A DNA stretch of 57,008 bases, counting the filler, from Sphacelaria rigidula (lineage: Eukaryota), in NCBI GenBank assembly GCA_964200075.2. It is 4 parts of 4 records of this genome, joined end to end, with 100 filler letters (N's around TTAATTAATTAA, not from the genome) between each part and the next. Parts side by side here need not be neighbours in the genome. Positions count along the whole stretch, not along the records: positions 28,557 to 42,733 come from CAXNAA020002410.1; positions 42,834 to 57,008 come from CAXNAA020002411.1; 2 more parts are not named here. One strand, written 5' to 3'. Under the pieces are notes generated by a model. That model was given only the letters and a program-made list of their open reading frames with translations. It was not told the DNA's origin and searched no databases. Shown one piece after another: positions 40,201 through 50,631 of the stretch (positions within the stretch are counted from its first letter, which is position 1; every line of letters starts with the position of its first letter). Both the position numbers and the translations under genes were made by a program.

Positions 40201-42251
40201 GGCGACATATCTCCTCTTACACAAGCATCTGAGACAAGCCCAGTTGCATTATGTCATCAACCCCAGTAAGCAACGATGTCCACAAGTTCTAACCTCGTGG
40301 ATCCTTGCCATCGAAGATGAGCCGAGACGGAGACGAAACCACAGGCGAAAACTTGTATATCACTGACGAGCAGCCGTGCCACCGCCAGTGAAGCGTTGAG
40401 TCTCCGTACATGCACTCATGAGTTGTCACTATACAAATCTCTCGCCGCTGCATCCGGCGTCCCGGTGGTTCAGCTTGAATCACTGGGTCGGGAAAATATC
40501 AAATATCTGGGTTCGACTTTCGACTGATGCATGTACATATATATTTATATATACATTTTTCCTTCAAGAGGATCTGGTCATTTCCGCCATGAAAAGCGTG
40601 AGGATATGGTGAGCAACGAAGTTGATTTGATGGCAGTCGACGCGGTTCGGAAGTGCTGGTCATGACCCAGTCCGCGATACCAAATTGCTGGGCATGTATC
40701 GGGGGAGAGGTGGGTTCATCCCTTGAGACCACGGATTCATCTCGACGCGATGGAGGGTTAAAGGTCATCAGTGTGTCGAGAAGAAGAACTCGTGAAATAA
40801 CGCAAGTCGATGCTTTTATGGCAGCGCTATGTTCACCGTGGAATTCGTTTTCGATGTTGTGTGTTGTTGTCCCATCTAGTCTGGACGCCAGTCTCCACCT
40901 TTCCGGTGTAAGTGTGCGCATAAGCCGGGGTCACACAGGAGCAAGGCCAACACGAGAGTTTTTCTTCTTTCCATCGGTTTAGTTCTCCGTGTTCCTTTTG
41001 CTGTGCTTGCCTTACTTTTTATCGCGGAAAGGGTTCAAGGTTCCCTTTCCCTCGTCAACCGTGAGGTCGAATTTTGTGCACCCGCGAGATGATCGCTCTC
41101 CACTGTTGGGCATGATGTGAGAAAAAATCCCAGATCATGTGACGTCATCGAGATTCGAACCCACGTCCAGACCGACAGAAGGTTTCGAGGTTACCAACTG
41201 AGCCAAGGGGGCGACCGGAGTCACATATAGTAATTGTGTTGTATTTGTATCCTCAGTGCAAAGAGTGCCGGGGCCGTGGTTCGTGTGGTCAACGCTTCGT
41301 CACAACACTGTCTGACTGTCTCACTTTGCCGTAGACATGTATTACTCTCGCTGTACGTTTCACACCGTACGACTGCAACCACGGTCAAGAGCGGCACCGC
41401 CAACACACCCCTGCCCCCTCCTAAAAACATGGAATCCTAGCTGAAAATGTCCTGGTATTCAAGTCGGGGGTACCCTCGCCAGATGCCACACATTCCACAC
41501 GCGTAACCTCTCCTCCCCTTTCCCCCCTGAACCTCCTTCGTAAGCACAGCTTTCAACAACACCAATTGCCACCTTGTACGCTAGACCTCCTTTCGGAATA
41601 ATGAGTCGGCTGACCTTTGCTTCAGCTGTGCCCTCTTCCCCCCTCCCCCGGACCCCCTTCGTAAGTCCAGCTTTCAATAAGACCAATTGCCGCCTTGTGC
41701 GCTAGACCTCCTTTCGGAACAATGAGTCGGCTGACCTTTGCTTCAGCTGACCAGAGTCCCTCTGTCGTCGAGTAAGTACAACCCCCAATGGGAAAATACC
41801 TGTAAAAATGAAGTTGATGAGATTCACGCATGGCTTTTTTCTCCGTCTGAATCTGGTACACTAGTCGCCTCCGTCAGTGTTCGCAGGGTGAATCATCTCG
41901 CTGTGTAGTTTGCACACTTCCACCACCCGGTTACATGCGTGCTTCCATGCCTTTCATACCCAACGAAATATGTACACCAACCGATTCTCGGCGCTTCCTG
42001 TATTCCTGACGAAATTCTTACCTGCTGAGAGCGAACCCACCCTTCACCGACCGACTTATCGTATCTAATTTGCGATACACCAGGTGCACCTATACTCCGT
42101 GCCATCTGAAAAGGGCGGCAAGAGACCTTCCGCGGTGTCGCTGGTTGGGGGCGACATCATGACATCTATCCAGAGTCTGGCGGTTTTCCACCCCAAGAGA
42201 GACGTGGTCGCTGGCGTAAATGCTAGTGGGCGTGTCCACGTGTTCATGTGA
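30952..42251 (+). CDS. WDR76: WDR76/Cmr1-like WD40 repeat protein (DDB2-related); 9 exons found, 5' end missing
   Basis: Exons 30952-31213, 31628-31713, 32267-32381, 33551-33730, 34692-34820, 35782-35859, 37214-37432, 38476-38610 and 42084-42251 all join in phase. Family motifs: KVVTERGFSISWHPSNSKLLVAVGDK, HEKKANTVHAHP, HFRSVNSAHFSPTG, HNNQTGRWLTKFQASWDP, FHPKRDVVAGVNASGRVHVF*. Confidence 0.88.
31628..31713 (+). CDS. WDR76: WDR76-like exon
   Basis: GCAG|ATG...AG|GTGAAC, phase 0 to 2. Confidence 0.7.
32267..32381 (+). CDS. WDR76: WDR76-like exon
   Basis: Encodes LRSLSVAESGVCKVVTERGFSISWHPSNSKLLVAVGDK. Confidence 0.85.
33551..33730 (+). CDS. WDR76: WDR76-like exon ending in a GC donor
   Basis: Encodes CGNVGVWDIDK...LLSTSYDGSVRRMDVEKGNFEQ, followed by GCGAGT. 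Confidence 0.85.
34692..34820 (+). CDS. WDR76: WDR76-like exon
   Basis: Encodes VHANKESDD...LSDGDGDITAVDLRTNQE, followed by GTACGA. Confidence 0.8.
35782..35859 (+). CDS. WDR76: WDR76-like exon
   Basis: Encodes VWKREAHEKKANTVHAHPIDRHIFAT, followed by GTAAGT. Confidence 0.85.
35916..36359. mobile_element. Diverged foldback MITE related to 39449-39910
   Basis: Shares GATGGATCTTT and AAATCTTCGTATCCACACC..TCTTCGAAAT with the 39.4-kb element, and has inverted arms. Confidence 0.65.
36743..37088. mobile_element. Older foldback MITE with similar termini
   Basis: GGATTCTACAAATTGCGGAT at the left end and ATCCACAATTTGAATAATCC at the right end form an imperfect inverted pair. Confidence 0.45.
37214..37432 (+). 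CDS. WDR76: WDR76-like exon
   Basis: Encodes ASLDRSVKLWDARN...SAHFSPTGEWLATVGQDDKIKLY. Confidence 0.88.
37578..37638. repeat. (GCTGT)n pentanucleotide microsatellite
   Basis: About 12 perfect units in a WDR76 intron. Confidence 0.95.
38476..38610 (+). CDS. WDR76: WDR76-like exon
   Basis: Contains HNNQTGRWLTKFQASWDPK, a Cmr1/WDR76 hallmark. Confidence 0.88.
39449..39910. mobile_element. Young foldback MITE with ~180-bp inverted arms and an apparent 4-bp TSD (TACA)
   Basis: Ends are AACACGGGTTCTTACAAATTGGGGATGGATCTTTTATTGGGGATGAGA and TCTCATCCCCAATAAAAGATCCATCCCCAATTTGTAAGATCCCGTGTT. TACA flanks both sides (39445-39448, 39911-39914). Confidence 0.85.
40000..40420 (-). mobile_element. Possible decayed Copia RT fragment
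   Basis: Minus strand reads ...GVDDIMQLG..., resembling the YVDD catalytic motif, in a frame-broken context. Confidence 0.25.
40925..41216 (-). mobile_element. tRNA-derived SINE
   Basis: Minus strand has an A box TGGCTCAGTTGG (41194-41205) and a B box GGTTCGAATC (41152-41161) but no valid cloverleaf. 3' end approximate. Confidence 0.6.
41515..41749. repeat. Tandem duplication of ~120 bp
   Basis: CCTTCGTAAG..CAGCTTTCAA..ACCAATTGCC..GCTAGACCTCCTTTCGGAA..AATGAGTCGGCTGACCTTTGCTTCAGCTG occurs twice. Confidence 0.9.
42084..42251 (+). CDS. WDR76: WDR76-like terminal exon
   Basis: Encodes VHLYS...SIQSLAVFHPKRDVVAGVNASGRVHVFM, then TGA. Confidence 0.85.
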   Translation: MHLYSVPSEKGGKRPSAVSLVGGDIMTSIQSLAVFHPKRDVVAGVNASGRVHVFM

Positions 42252-42521
42252 TGGCTGATGATTCCCCGGTTTATACATTCTACGATGAAGGAGGGAAAGG
42301 GGGTGTACGGTGGAGGATGGGGGGTGGGGGCGTGGGCAGGGCGGCACCGGTGTTGTGTAATTAGGGTGCGTGATTGAACCAAATTGTGGCTCGAGGGAGC
42401 TCCCGCAAGGCGTTCCTTGGTACATAATTAAGTCCTTTTGGTGCTTTTCACGTTGATTCAGTAAGATAGCTTAGCTTGGTGCTTCCCATGCCCATATTCA
42501 CGTGGGAAACTGTGTTGTACA

Positions 42522-42733
42522 CAGTGTTGTGAACCGAAGCTGAAAATGGCTCGGTCGGTTTTTCGGTTTTTCTCGAAAAAGTCGGTCGGTTTCGGTCGGT
42601 TTTTTGGAAAAAACCGAAAAAAACCGAAACCGAAACCGAGCACTTCTCGGTCGGTTTTTCGGTCGGTTTTTCGACGAAACGAAAAAACAAAAATATTTTT
42701 CCGAATTTTTGAAGAGCTCGTTGCGCAATACGG
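42522..42733. mobile_element. Left end of a hAT-like element, truncated by an assembly gap
   Basis: Starts CAGTGTTGTGAACCG and continues with dense TCGGT/ACCGA subterminal motifs typical of hAT ends. Confidence 0.6.
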
Positions 42734-43955
42734 NNNNNNNNNNNNNNNNNNNNNNNNNNNNNNNNNNNNNNNNNNNNTTAATTAATTAANNNNNNNNNNN
42801 NNNNNNNNNNNNNNNNNNNNNNNNNNNNNNNNNCTGAACAAAAGATATGCTGCGTGGTCCATCCCGGCATGACACATCAGGGATCTCCGGGGCCTCTTGC
42901 CCCTCGCAAGCCTCACTGTCCACATGTCAAACTCATTCCTTCCACAATCGATCATGCCGGAATTCGAACCGCACATCTTTTGTTCAGGAAGCGAACAGTT
43001 TACCCATTGAACTAGTGAGCGCCCACTGGTTCAATGGATAAACTGTTCGCTTCCTGAACACTTCTTCCTCTCCTTTCTTTGTGTGGTGCTTGCCTTAATC
43101 TCCATTGCGAGAATGTTTCGATCGTCCTATTCTTTCGTCGATTGTTAAGCGGAATTTCGTTCGCCCACGAAACAATCGCTTTCCACTTTTGTTGGGCATA
43201 TTGCGGGGGAAAACGCCGTCTGGGATACATCACCGAGGATCGATCTCACGAGCAAACAATCATTTTCCCCCCAACATTTCCAACTGAACCACGGGAGCGA
43301 CCGACTCTGATGATATCAGCCTAGAACAGAGTATGGGGGGACAGTTTTTGCATCTACTTCACCTGCCGCGGAGAAGAGTGACGTAGTTTTCAAACCAAGT
43401 CGAGGTTGTATTTTTAAAGAGCTATCCAAGCGTAAAGCAAAGTATGAATCGGCGCCTTATTTTTTTCTTGTTGATCGGAATCATTTTACAAACGACCCAA
43501 GGACCCCAAGGCAACGGACGTGATCAGTCACGACGGTCATTGTTGTGATGGCTCGTGCGATCGACGTAGTTTGTAATACAGTGAGTCGTGCAGGGCCATT
43601 CCTAACGGCAGCGGGCGAATATCGACTTACGCTCGAGTTTGGTCTAGCGTTCGAACCCACGACCCGTATTTAGGGGTTGCCAGTTCGCAGAAATAGTGAG
43701 CGACGGTACAGACAGTATCCGCACCGGTAGATCCATTTTGCACGCTGCTCTAGAGATTGGCTCGTACCTTCTGGCATAAACGCTCTCGCCTACCCTCCAT
43801 GAATCTACCCTATATCCGCACCTCCCTCAAATTTACAGGTGCGACGTATGTATACTCTTGCCCGGCTATCGACCTATGTTCTTGTCCCCACTGACGTCGA
43901 GTGTCCGCATCTACTCACGTACACGTTTCGTGGTGACCACGCGCCCTTCGTTCAG

Positions 43956-44128
43956 ACGCGGACTGGACCGCGAGCGGGCGCTCCCTCGAGAGTATCGAGC
44001 GCTTCATTCGCGACAAGGTGGCACCCCTTTACGGTAACACGCACACAACCACGTCCACAACGGGGGCCCAAACGACGGCATTCCGGGAGGAGGCCAGGGA
44101 AATAATCGCCGAGTCCGTCAACGCCAAG
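43956..44128 (+). CDS. Class-V aminotransferase exon
   Basis: Encodes ADWTASGRSLESIERFIRDKVAPLYGNTHTTTSTTGAQTTAFREEAREIIAESVNAK. Confidence 0.8.
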
Positions 44129-44451
44129 GTGAGCAACTGTTGAGACGGCGCGGAAACAAATCAATCAATCAACCAACCAACTGAAGGGTATTTTCGTCTG
44201 GTGCTCTCACCCTTTGTACGTTCGCGCATCTTCACGATGGCCTTGTCATTCGTATGGGCGGTGCATTTCGCCAGCCAAGTTTTCACTCACGATGATCCCT
44301 CCAAGCAGAATCGCTTGAGCCAACTAATTACTCAAGTCACCTCACAGGACTTGCATCACCCAAAGTAGACTCATGCTTATAAGACCCACGCATGTTGGAC
44401 CTTGTCCTCGATTGTTCATGTACCCCTCCGTGTCGGGAACCTCTGGAGCAG

Positions 44452-44582
44452 TGTGAAGGAGGCCCCGATGACGATGTGGTTATTTTCACGGGCTCGGGTA
44501 CGACGGCAGCGATTGCCAAGGTCATCTCCGCCCTGTCGCTGGACAAGAAGCAGCGCTCGATTGGTATGAAAAAAGGAAGCAG
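44452..44582 (+). CDS. Class-V aminotransferase exon
   Basis: Contains DDVVIFTGSGTTAAIAK. Confidence 0.8.
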
Positions 44583-45532
44583 GTGCGCTCACGGCCAAGT
44601 CGCTCATGAAGTAGTATATGTCGGATAATACTGAAGGTCACGTGTGAGTAGACGTAGGGCAGGTCTAAGTGTATCTTACACAGGTGACCAGAGGGGGTAT
44701 CTTGAGGCAAATATTGCAACGTTCCGCTCCGTAGTGGGCTGTCCGTATGTAAATATCGTATCGGAACATTACCGTAAGGTAGTGTCAGGTGCGTATTTAG
44801 CATCAACAACTAACATGAACACCCGATTTCAACAAGCCATGGCACGCAACAGCATTCACTCCAATGTATCGCTTGAGCCACCAAGGCAGGCGCGGAGCCC
44901 TTCCCGCACACTGCGCACCACCGCGGCACACGAATGCGCAAGCATACGCGACGCTATACCTTCACATATGCCATGGCGTCGGAAGGCGTATATTTCAATG
45001 CCTTCACAGTCTCGTAGATTTCGCATTCGCTGGATCGCAAAAACGTTATTTTCACGGGACTGTATCGGTTTGATCAGGCTCGATCAGACCAAGTATCGGT
45101 CTGATAAATAGAGTGCAGCCGCCCGTACATGACCACCACGTGACTCATTCGTCCGTCATTTGAGCAACCCTCGGCTCAGCTACACAGTCCGGTGACACGA
45201 TTGAAATAGCACTGGGCGGAGCGATAAGGAATACGAGTGAACAAGAGTCTTGTAGATCAGGCGGATCAGCCTACCCCTTGCGTGAGGTTGAGCATAACCC
45301 TTGGTGTGCATGCTGATCTGTACTACGCACGGATCCTGTTTACCGGTGTGTGCACCTCCCCAAAGCCTGTTGCTTGACCACCTCATCACAACGTACCTGT
45401 GCCTTGCCCATGACTGGCGAGCGTGCCACGCACATTGTACGCATAATAATAAGGTATGGCTTCTTCAGTTTGGCCTGCTCGCCCGACCTTTCTGATCCCG
45501 CTCACACAACAACACGTACCCATGTACCCCAG

Positions 45533-45696
45533 GCCGGTCGTGTTCGTTGGACCCTTCCAACATCACTCGAATATTTTGCCCTGGAGGGAGAGCTGTGCGG
45601 ACGTGGTGACGATCGCGGAGAGTTCCGCCGGAGGGGTCGACCTCGACGACCTGGAGAGCAAGCTCAAGGAATACTCCGGTCGGACCCTCAAGATAG
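45533..45696 (+). CDS. Class-V aminotransferase exon
   Basis: Contains PVVFVGPFQHHSNILPWRES. Confidence 0.82.
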
Positions 45697-46264
45697 GTGC
45701 GGCGTAGTTGAGAATAGAAGTGCGTGCGTCAAAGGTGCCTTGGCCCATTCTAGCTAGCCCTTGTCTGCATCGGGAGACCATGCGCATCAAGGTATACTGC
45801 CAATGTTTCGGGAGGGGGGCTTGCTGCATTGGAGGAGATGTTGACGCGATCAATGTACACCTTGCTTGGGTGTACACACGAGTGACGTGGCCGCCCACGA
45901 ATCTCCCCCCCTACACTAGACCCATGCCCAGTTCTGGAACAAGAGCGCCTGACGCGCCATCGTATGACATCTAGGGGCTCGTCTTGTACCGTGGGTCACG
46001 CTCGAACCAGTTGGACTGAGTTGTGTCGCCACACTATAAAGTGTGGTGCTCGCCATTTTCCCCGGGGTTTGACCTCAATCGTCTCGTCGGTCACTTCGTG
46101 GTCGCTATCATCCAAGCACTGCTGTAGTCGCCATACCATCTTGCCCAGCGTGTACGAAGAAGTAACGTGGTCAGACCACAGCTCAAGTATCGGCTGTGTG
46201 GTGGTGTGTGTGTACGTGCGTGTGTACATCGCGCGGTGACAACGGTTTGTGTCGCGGCTGGCAG

Positions 46265-46428
46265 GTTCTTTTGCGGCGGCATCTAACCTAACCGGGGCAC
46301 TCGAAGACACGGATGTGATCACGGAGATTCTTCACCACCATGGCGCCCTCTCCTTCTGGGACTAACCGACTGCGGCGCCTTACGTGGAGATCGACATGAA
46401 CCCGGAAGCCGCGATGGAGTTGGACAAG
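46265..46428 (+). CDS. Class-V aminotransferase exon carrying the internal TAA
   Basis: Encodes SFAAASNLTG...GALSFWD*PTAAPYVEIDMNP. Confidence 0.75.
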
Positions 46429-46744
46429 GTGAGACTAGGTTGCCTGGGTTTCATTCTGGAAGCACGCGCTACTCCAACTAGTGACGCGGAGATTTCAGGA
46501 CTGCCTGCGACAATCAATCAACCGACCATTGGGTCGAGAATGACTTTGAAGTCCTTAGCCCCTACTCCCGTGTGAAGACAAGGTTGTCTGCACTACACTG
46601 TAGTTCGTGGGACGGAAGGACAGAATGGAACGATCCCCTCACATGCACACCCGCGCGAACGATCTCTACCACAGCCCAAACCATTGCCTCTCTTCGACGT
46701 CTGCGCATGCTATGCACGGTATCACGCAGCCTCTACTCGCCAAG

Positions 46745-46899
46745 GACGCCGTTTTCATATCTGGCCACAAATGTCTCGGCGGTCCTGGCACTCCCGGCCT
46801 GCTCGTGTGCAAAAAGAAGCTGTTCATCAATTCATCGCCGGTGGTGCCCGGTGGCGGCACGGTCCAGTTTGTTACCCCAAGAGACCACACCTATCACAC
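46745..46899 (+). CDS. Class-V aminotransferase exon (PLP-binding lysine)
   Basis: Encodes DAVFISGHKCLGGPGTPGLL...PGGGTVQFV. Confidence 0.85.
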
Positions 46900-47106
46900 G
46901 TGAGTTCGGGTGCAACGCCACACAGTTGGTTCGGAGCATGCCTGTGGAGGAGCGCGCGCAGCGTGGGTGACATAGCACAGTACGGTTTACTATCGCTGGA
47001 TAAAACAAAATGGTCCGAACTCTTTTTCAGCAAAAGGACAAAGAGTTTCTGAAAGCCTGGACTTGAAAAACTAACTCTCTCACCACAATCAACTCACCTC
47101 GAACAG

Positions 47107-47206
47107 CAATATCGAGGAGCGCGAGGAAGGGGGTACCCCGGAAATTCTCGGGGCCATTCGCTTGGGCCTAGTTTTCCAGCTGAAGGAGCGACTCGGAAGT
47201 TTGGAG
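47107..47206 (+). CDS. Class-V aminotransferase exon
   Basis: Contains NIEEREEGGTPEILGAIRLGLVFQLKE. Confidence 0.82.
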
Positions 47207-47649
47207 GTGAGTCCCGTGAGTGGGCGGGGCCCATGGTTTTTCGACCAACACGCATGTCATGTTTTTTTTAGTATACTACCCGTCAAGCAGACCCTAGGCT
47301 GAACGTACAATGGTTTCGGATGTGGTCTGCCGTCTGAAAATTGTGCCTGCTGCGTATAGGTTTTACTTGGCGTCACCTGAAGAGGAGTGATTGACACAAG
47401 CCGAGTGGCTAGCGCAAGCCATGACTTCCTCACGCGGTCGGGTTGGGTAGAAACTGTGATTGTTTTGGGCACCGGCTGCCTGATATTTTTTACTTGAGTG
47501 CCGTAGAGCGAGAGCGGGCTCCGGCGGACGGCGGTGACCCTGCGCAAGTCACGCTTTCACCTAGGCGCGAAACGAAATGTCGAGGCAAGGCATCCAGCAC
47601 CCGCGCCTTTGATGTCTAATCACCAACAAACACCGGGGTTTTCTCGCAG

Positions 47650-47777
47650 GAACGGGAGGAATACCTTACTCATCTGGGGCTGTCTACTCTCAGGGCACAC
47701 CGTCGGGTCGTTCTGGTTGGCGATACAGGCAGGAAACGACTGCCGATCTTCTCCTTTCTCATCCGCCACGGCGACAG
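47650..47777 (+). CDS. Class-V aminotransferase exon
   Basis: Encodes EREEYL...RLPIFSFLIRHGD. Confidence 0.8.
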
Positions 47778-48132
47778 GTCAGTGGAATTGGCGCAAGGCT
47801 TGCCCTGAACGATAGATGGAGAAGTCATCCAAATTTGCTACTGCGCGTCGCTAGATTATCTTCGGTTCCACACGCTCCTAGAGCACGCGTGGGAGACGTA
47901 CACGATCTGAACCACAGCACGCAACAGTATATCCCTTGCATGAAAAATATGTAAAAAGCTGTGGAGTGCAATCGGCAAAGACACTGCCATGGTACCGGTG
48001 CAGCATGCTATATGGTTGAGTCCTCGGTGCCCCGCGTTAGAGTAAAATGAGCAGACCTCAATGTATCTGCCGCACGATGTATGGTATTCTCTGGTGTAAC
48101 AGCCCGGGCACCTGTACTCCCCCCGACGACAG

Positions 48133-48349
48133 GTTCCTGCACCACAGCTTTGTGTGTAAGCTATTAAATGATCTGTTCGGCGTGCAAGCCCGGGCTGGAT
48201 GCCAATGCGCGGCACCGTATCACATGAGGCTTCTGGGGATGCCCGCAAGCACGGTCCCGAAGGTTAAGCAGCAGGTGCTGGACGACGTTGGCATCATCAA
48301 ACCTGGCTCTTGCCGCCTCAGCCTGTCGTTATTTATGTCCGATGCAGAG
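48133..48349 (+). CDS. Class-V aminotransferase exon (putative catalytic Cys loop)
   Basis: Encodes FLHHSFVCKLLNDLFGVQARAGCQCAAPY...KPGSCRLSL. Confidence 0.85.
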
Positions 48350-48818
48350 GTACGTGAGGCGCTGCCAGTATGCGGGAAATTCTTCGTGAACGTAGTATAC
48401 ACACACACATATATATATATGTTGTGTGTATATATGTGTGTGCGTGTTGTGTGTAGCCCACCAACACGATCATATGGGTGACCAAGAATCGCACCGACTC
48501 GTCATCTTGACTTTGTGGGCGTTCCGATATAAACGCTCTGCAAACTGCCGCTTTAACGTAGGCCGGGAATGTATGCCACTACACAAATTATGTTGCGACG
48601 AAACGCCGGATCGAACTTATGAGGCCTCAGTCGGCATGTTCGCTACCATGTTCCCAGGGTGCGGCTTCCTATACGTGCCCGAGATACGCTGAAACTGTGG
48701 AGTACCACGGCCGTGAGGACAAAGCCTGCAGCGCCAGCAATACTCTAGGTTGTGAAAGCCGTGTTTCCCGTCAATTGTCCACGATCTGATCTGAGCCTCT
48801 TCCTTCCTACCATGGCAG

Positions 48819-48946
48819 GCTAAATACATCCTGGACGCCATCCTGTTCATCGCAGACTACGGGGTCTGCTTCTTGTCCCAGTACGAGCCCGACATGACGA
48901 CGGGCGAGTGGATGCACAAAGATTCAGTGGTCGACAGCCCCCCAAG
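48819..48946 (+). CDS. Class-V aminotransferase exon
   Basis: Contains AKYILDAILFIADYGVCFLSQYEPDMTTGEWMHK. Confidence 0.8.
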
Positions 48947-49562
48947 GTGAGTAAAGCATCTAGGCCAGCAATGCTGTCTCAGGTACTATGGTGCCAAGTA
49001 GGCCCCTTGTAGGGCCAATGATGGGGAGAGGGAAACTAGCAGGGAACGCGCAGCGAACCATAGAGCGCAAATGGTGTCACATCGACGGTGATATTTGTGC
49101 TCAAGTTTTTGGAACAGCCCGAAACTCATAGAACTCGGATTCATGAAGCGGTTACCTATATGTTGCTGCAGTCGGATAAGACGCCCGGTTCTCAGCACCG
49201 GCGGAGTGCGGCTAGCGGGGCTACCCTGCCGTGGCCTAGCCGTTGCGATAGTCGGAAAACCTCAACGTCACTCGCTCGTGTGCAGTTTTCTACTCACAAT
49301 CCAACGTCTCTGGAAAACCAGGATCATACATCAGCCGTCGTCTTCGGTGGTGACCTCACCCGCATCATGCTGTGACGCGCCACACGAATTACACAATGTC
49401 CATCGAACGGGACAACATAAATGTACATGACTGTGCACGTTATAAGACCCTGTGGTATGAGGACGCGAAAAGTGTGGCTCCTTGCTCAATCCCCTCCGAC
49501 GCCAACTCACATCCGTTTCGTTCGCTGCCCCCTGCGCAATAAACACCCTGTATTTGAAGCAG

Positions 49563-49910
49563 GGAGCGCCTCGCGGACCTCATTTACAACCTCGACACCG
49601 CTGGAAACGGAAGACACGAAGCTGGTCACGAAAAACAAACACTCGAAGACCAGGGAATACTTAAATATCTCACCACCGACCGCTCGAACACACCTTCCAA
49701 GCACGTCGGACCTGACAAGATCGTCGAGACCGTAATGACACCAAGCGAAGAGGACATGTTCGCAGTACACATGGAAGAGGCTAGCCGACTCGTCTCCGAC
49801 ATGTGCATGGCGCGCTCCCGGACGTCATCAATGCTCACCAAAGGCACGTCGTCGTCGAAGAAGCAGGCGAAGATGGGAATGGCCGGGAGGAAACTCGAGC
49901 TTGCTGCACG
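49563..49910 (+). CDS. Class-V aminotransferase exon (poorly conserved region)
   Basis: Open phase-2 to phase-2 frame between CAG and GTGGGT. Confidence 0.55.
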
Positions 49911-50384
49911 GTGGGTGCTGTAGGCGATGCCGTAAAGTGTTGGGAAAAATGAACTACGACGCAAATTCCTCCGGTGCTCCGCCGGTGCTTGATGTATCAA
50001 AGCACGGTGCACCTTCCGCACACACCACGTGGGTGCATATCACTCGCTGTTAAGACCTTTTGAGAATTTCTGTCTCTGTGGTTCTCGTTTGAGGACGGTG
50101 CGACACGGTCGTTACCGTATACCCAGTTTTCTGAACGTGGCCCGCGCAATCCTGGGACAAGTCGCTACCAGTATCTTGCATGGTCGAGAACTGAGAGAAT
50201 CCAAATGAGCGAAGCCATTGAAGGATTGACAGATGATTTTGTCAGATACCATTGACAAGAAACTGCTACGCGACGAATTGAGCAAACTGGTCCTGGACGT
50301 TCAATCCACAACCCTACCGTGCCACTTCGACAAGGTGATCCCGGAAGTTCAACCAACAATCCTTCCGTGCCACTTTGCTCCCAG

Positions 50385-50631
50385 GCCCTCCCTTGCCAAC
50401 TTCAGTGCGAAACGACCCGCGAAAGCGACGCTCAGCAGTGCGGCGGAGGCCTTGCGCTGGTTCGCCCTCCCGCTGGATCTCAAGTCGACCAGAATCATGC
50501 CCAAGGGAAGCCGCGCGAAGCCCACCCGTCCGGTCATCATTCCCAAGGTCTACGGGCGTGGCGCCAAGCGGGTCGACGAAGATGACGACGAGCTGGTGAG
50601 CAAGAATCCTGTACACCATAGAGCGCTGTGA
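50385..50631 (+). CDS. Class-V aminotransferase late exon
   Basis: Contains EALRWFALP. It ends either at TGA 50629-50631 or at an overlapping donor GTGAGT (50628). Confidence 0.55.

Larger units (their letters stand above)
43956..50631 (+). pseudogene. Class-V PLP aminotransferase / cysteine-desulfurase-like gene with one in-frame TAA (pseudogene, null allele or sequence error)
   Basis: Exons 43956-44128, 44452-44582, 45533-45696, 46265-46428, 46745-46899, 47107-47206, 47650-47777, 48133-48349, 48819-48946, 49563-49910 and 50385-~50630 join in phase. Motifs: ADWTASGRS, YGNTHTTTS, VIFTGSGTTAAI, GPFQHHSNILPWRE, GSFAAASNLTG, DAVFISGHK (PLP lysine), EREEGGTP, RLPIFSFLI, LLNDLFGVQARAGCQCA, LRWFALP. 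TAA at 46363-46365. Confidence 0.8.

Noticed and set aside
41140..41216. tRNA gene candidates (also 17812-17880)
   Set aside because: A and B boxes are present but there are no consistent acceptor or anticodon stems, so SINE heads fit better.
1532..42251. USP1-like and WDR76-like genes as a DNA-damage-response cluster
   Set aside because: They are ~21 kb apart across two artificial joins, and the known USP1 partner is WDR48/UAF1, not WDR76. No evidence beyond proximity.
43549..43845. Short first exon MARAIDVVCNT plus a 7-nt microexon (43839-43845) for the aminotransferase
   Set aside because: Phases fit, but the product lacks the expected family N-terminal motif and such short matches arise by chance.
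46363..46365. Stop-codon recoding (selenocysteine or variant genetic code)
   Set aside because: The codon is TAA rather than TGA, it replaces a Tyr, and TAA is the normal stop of the USP gene in this window.
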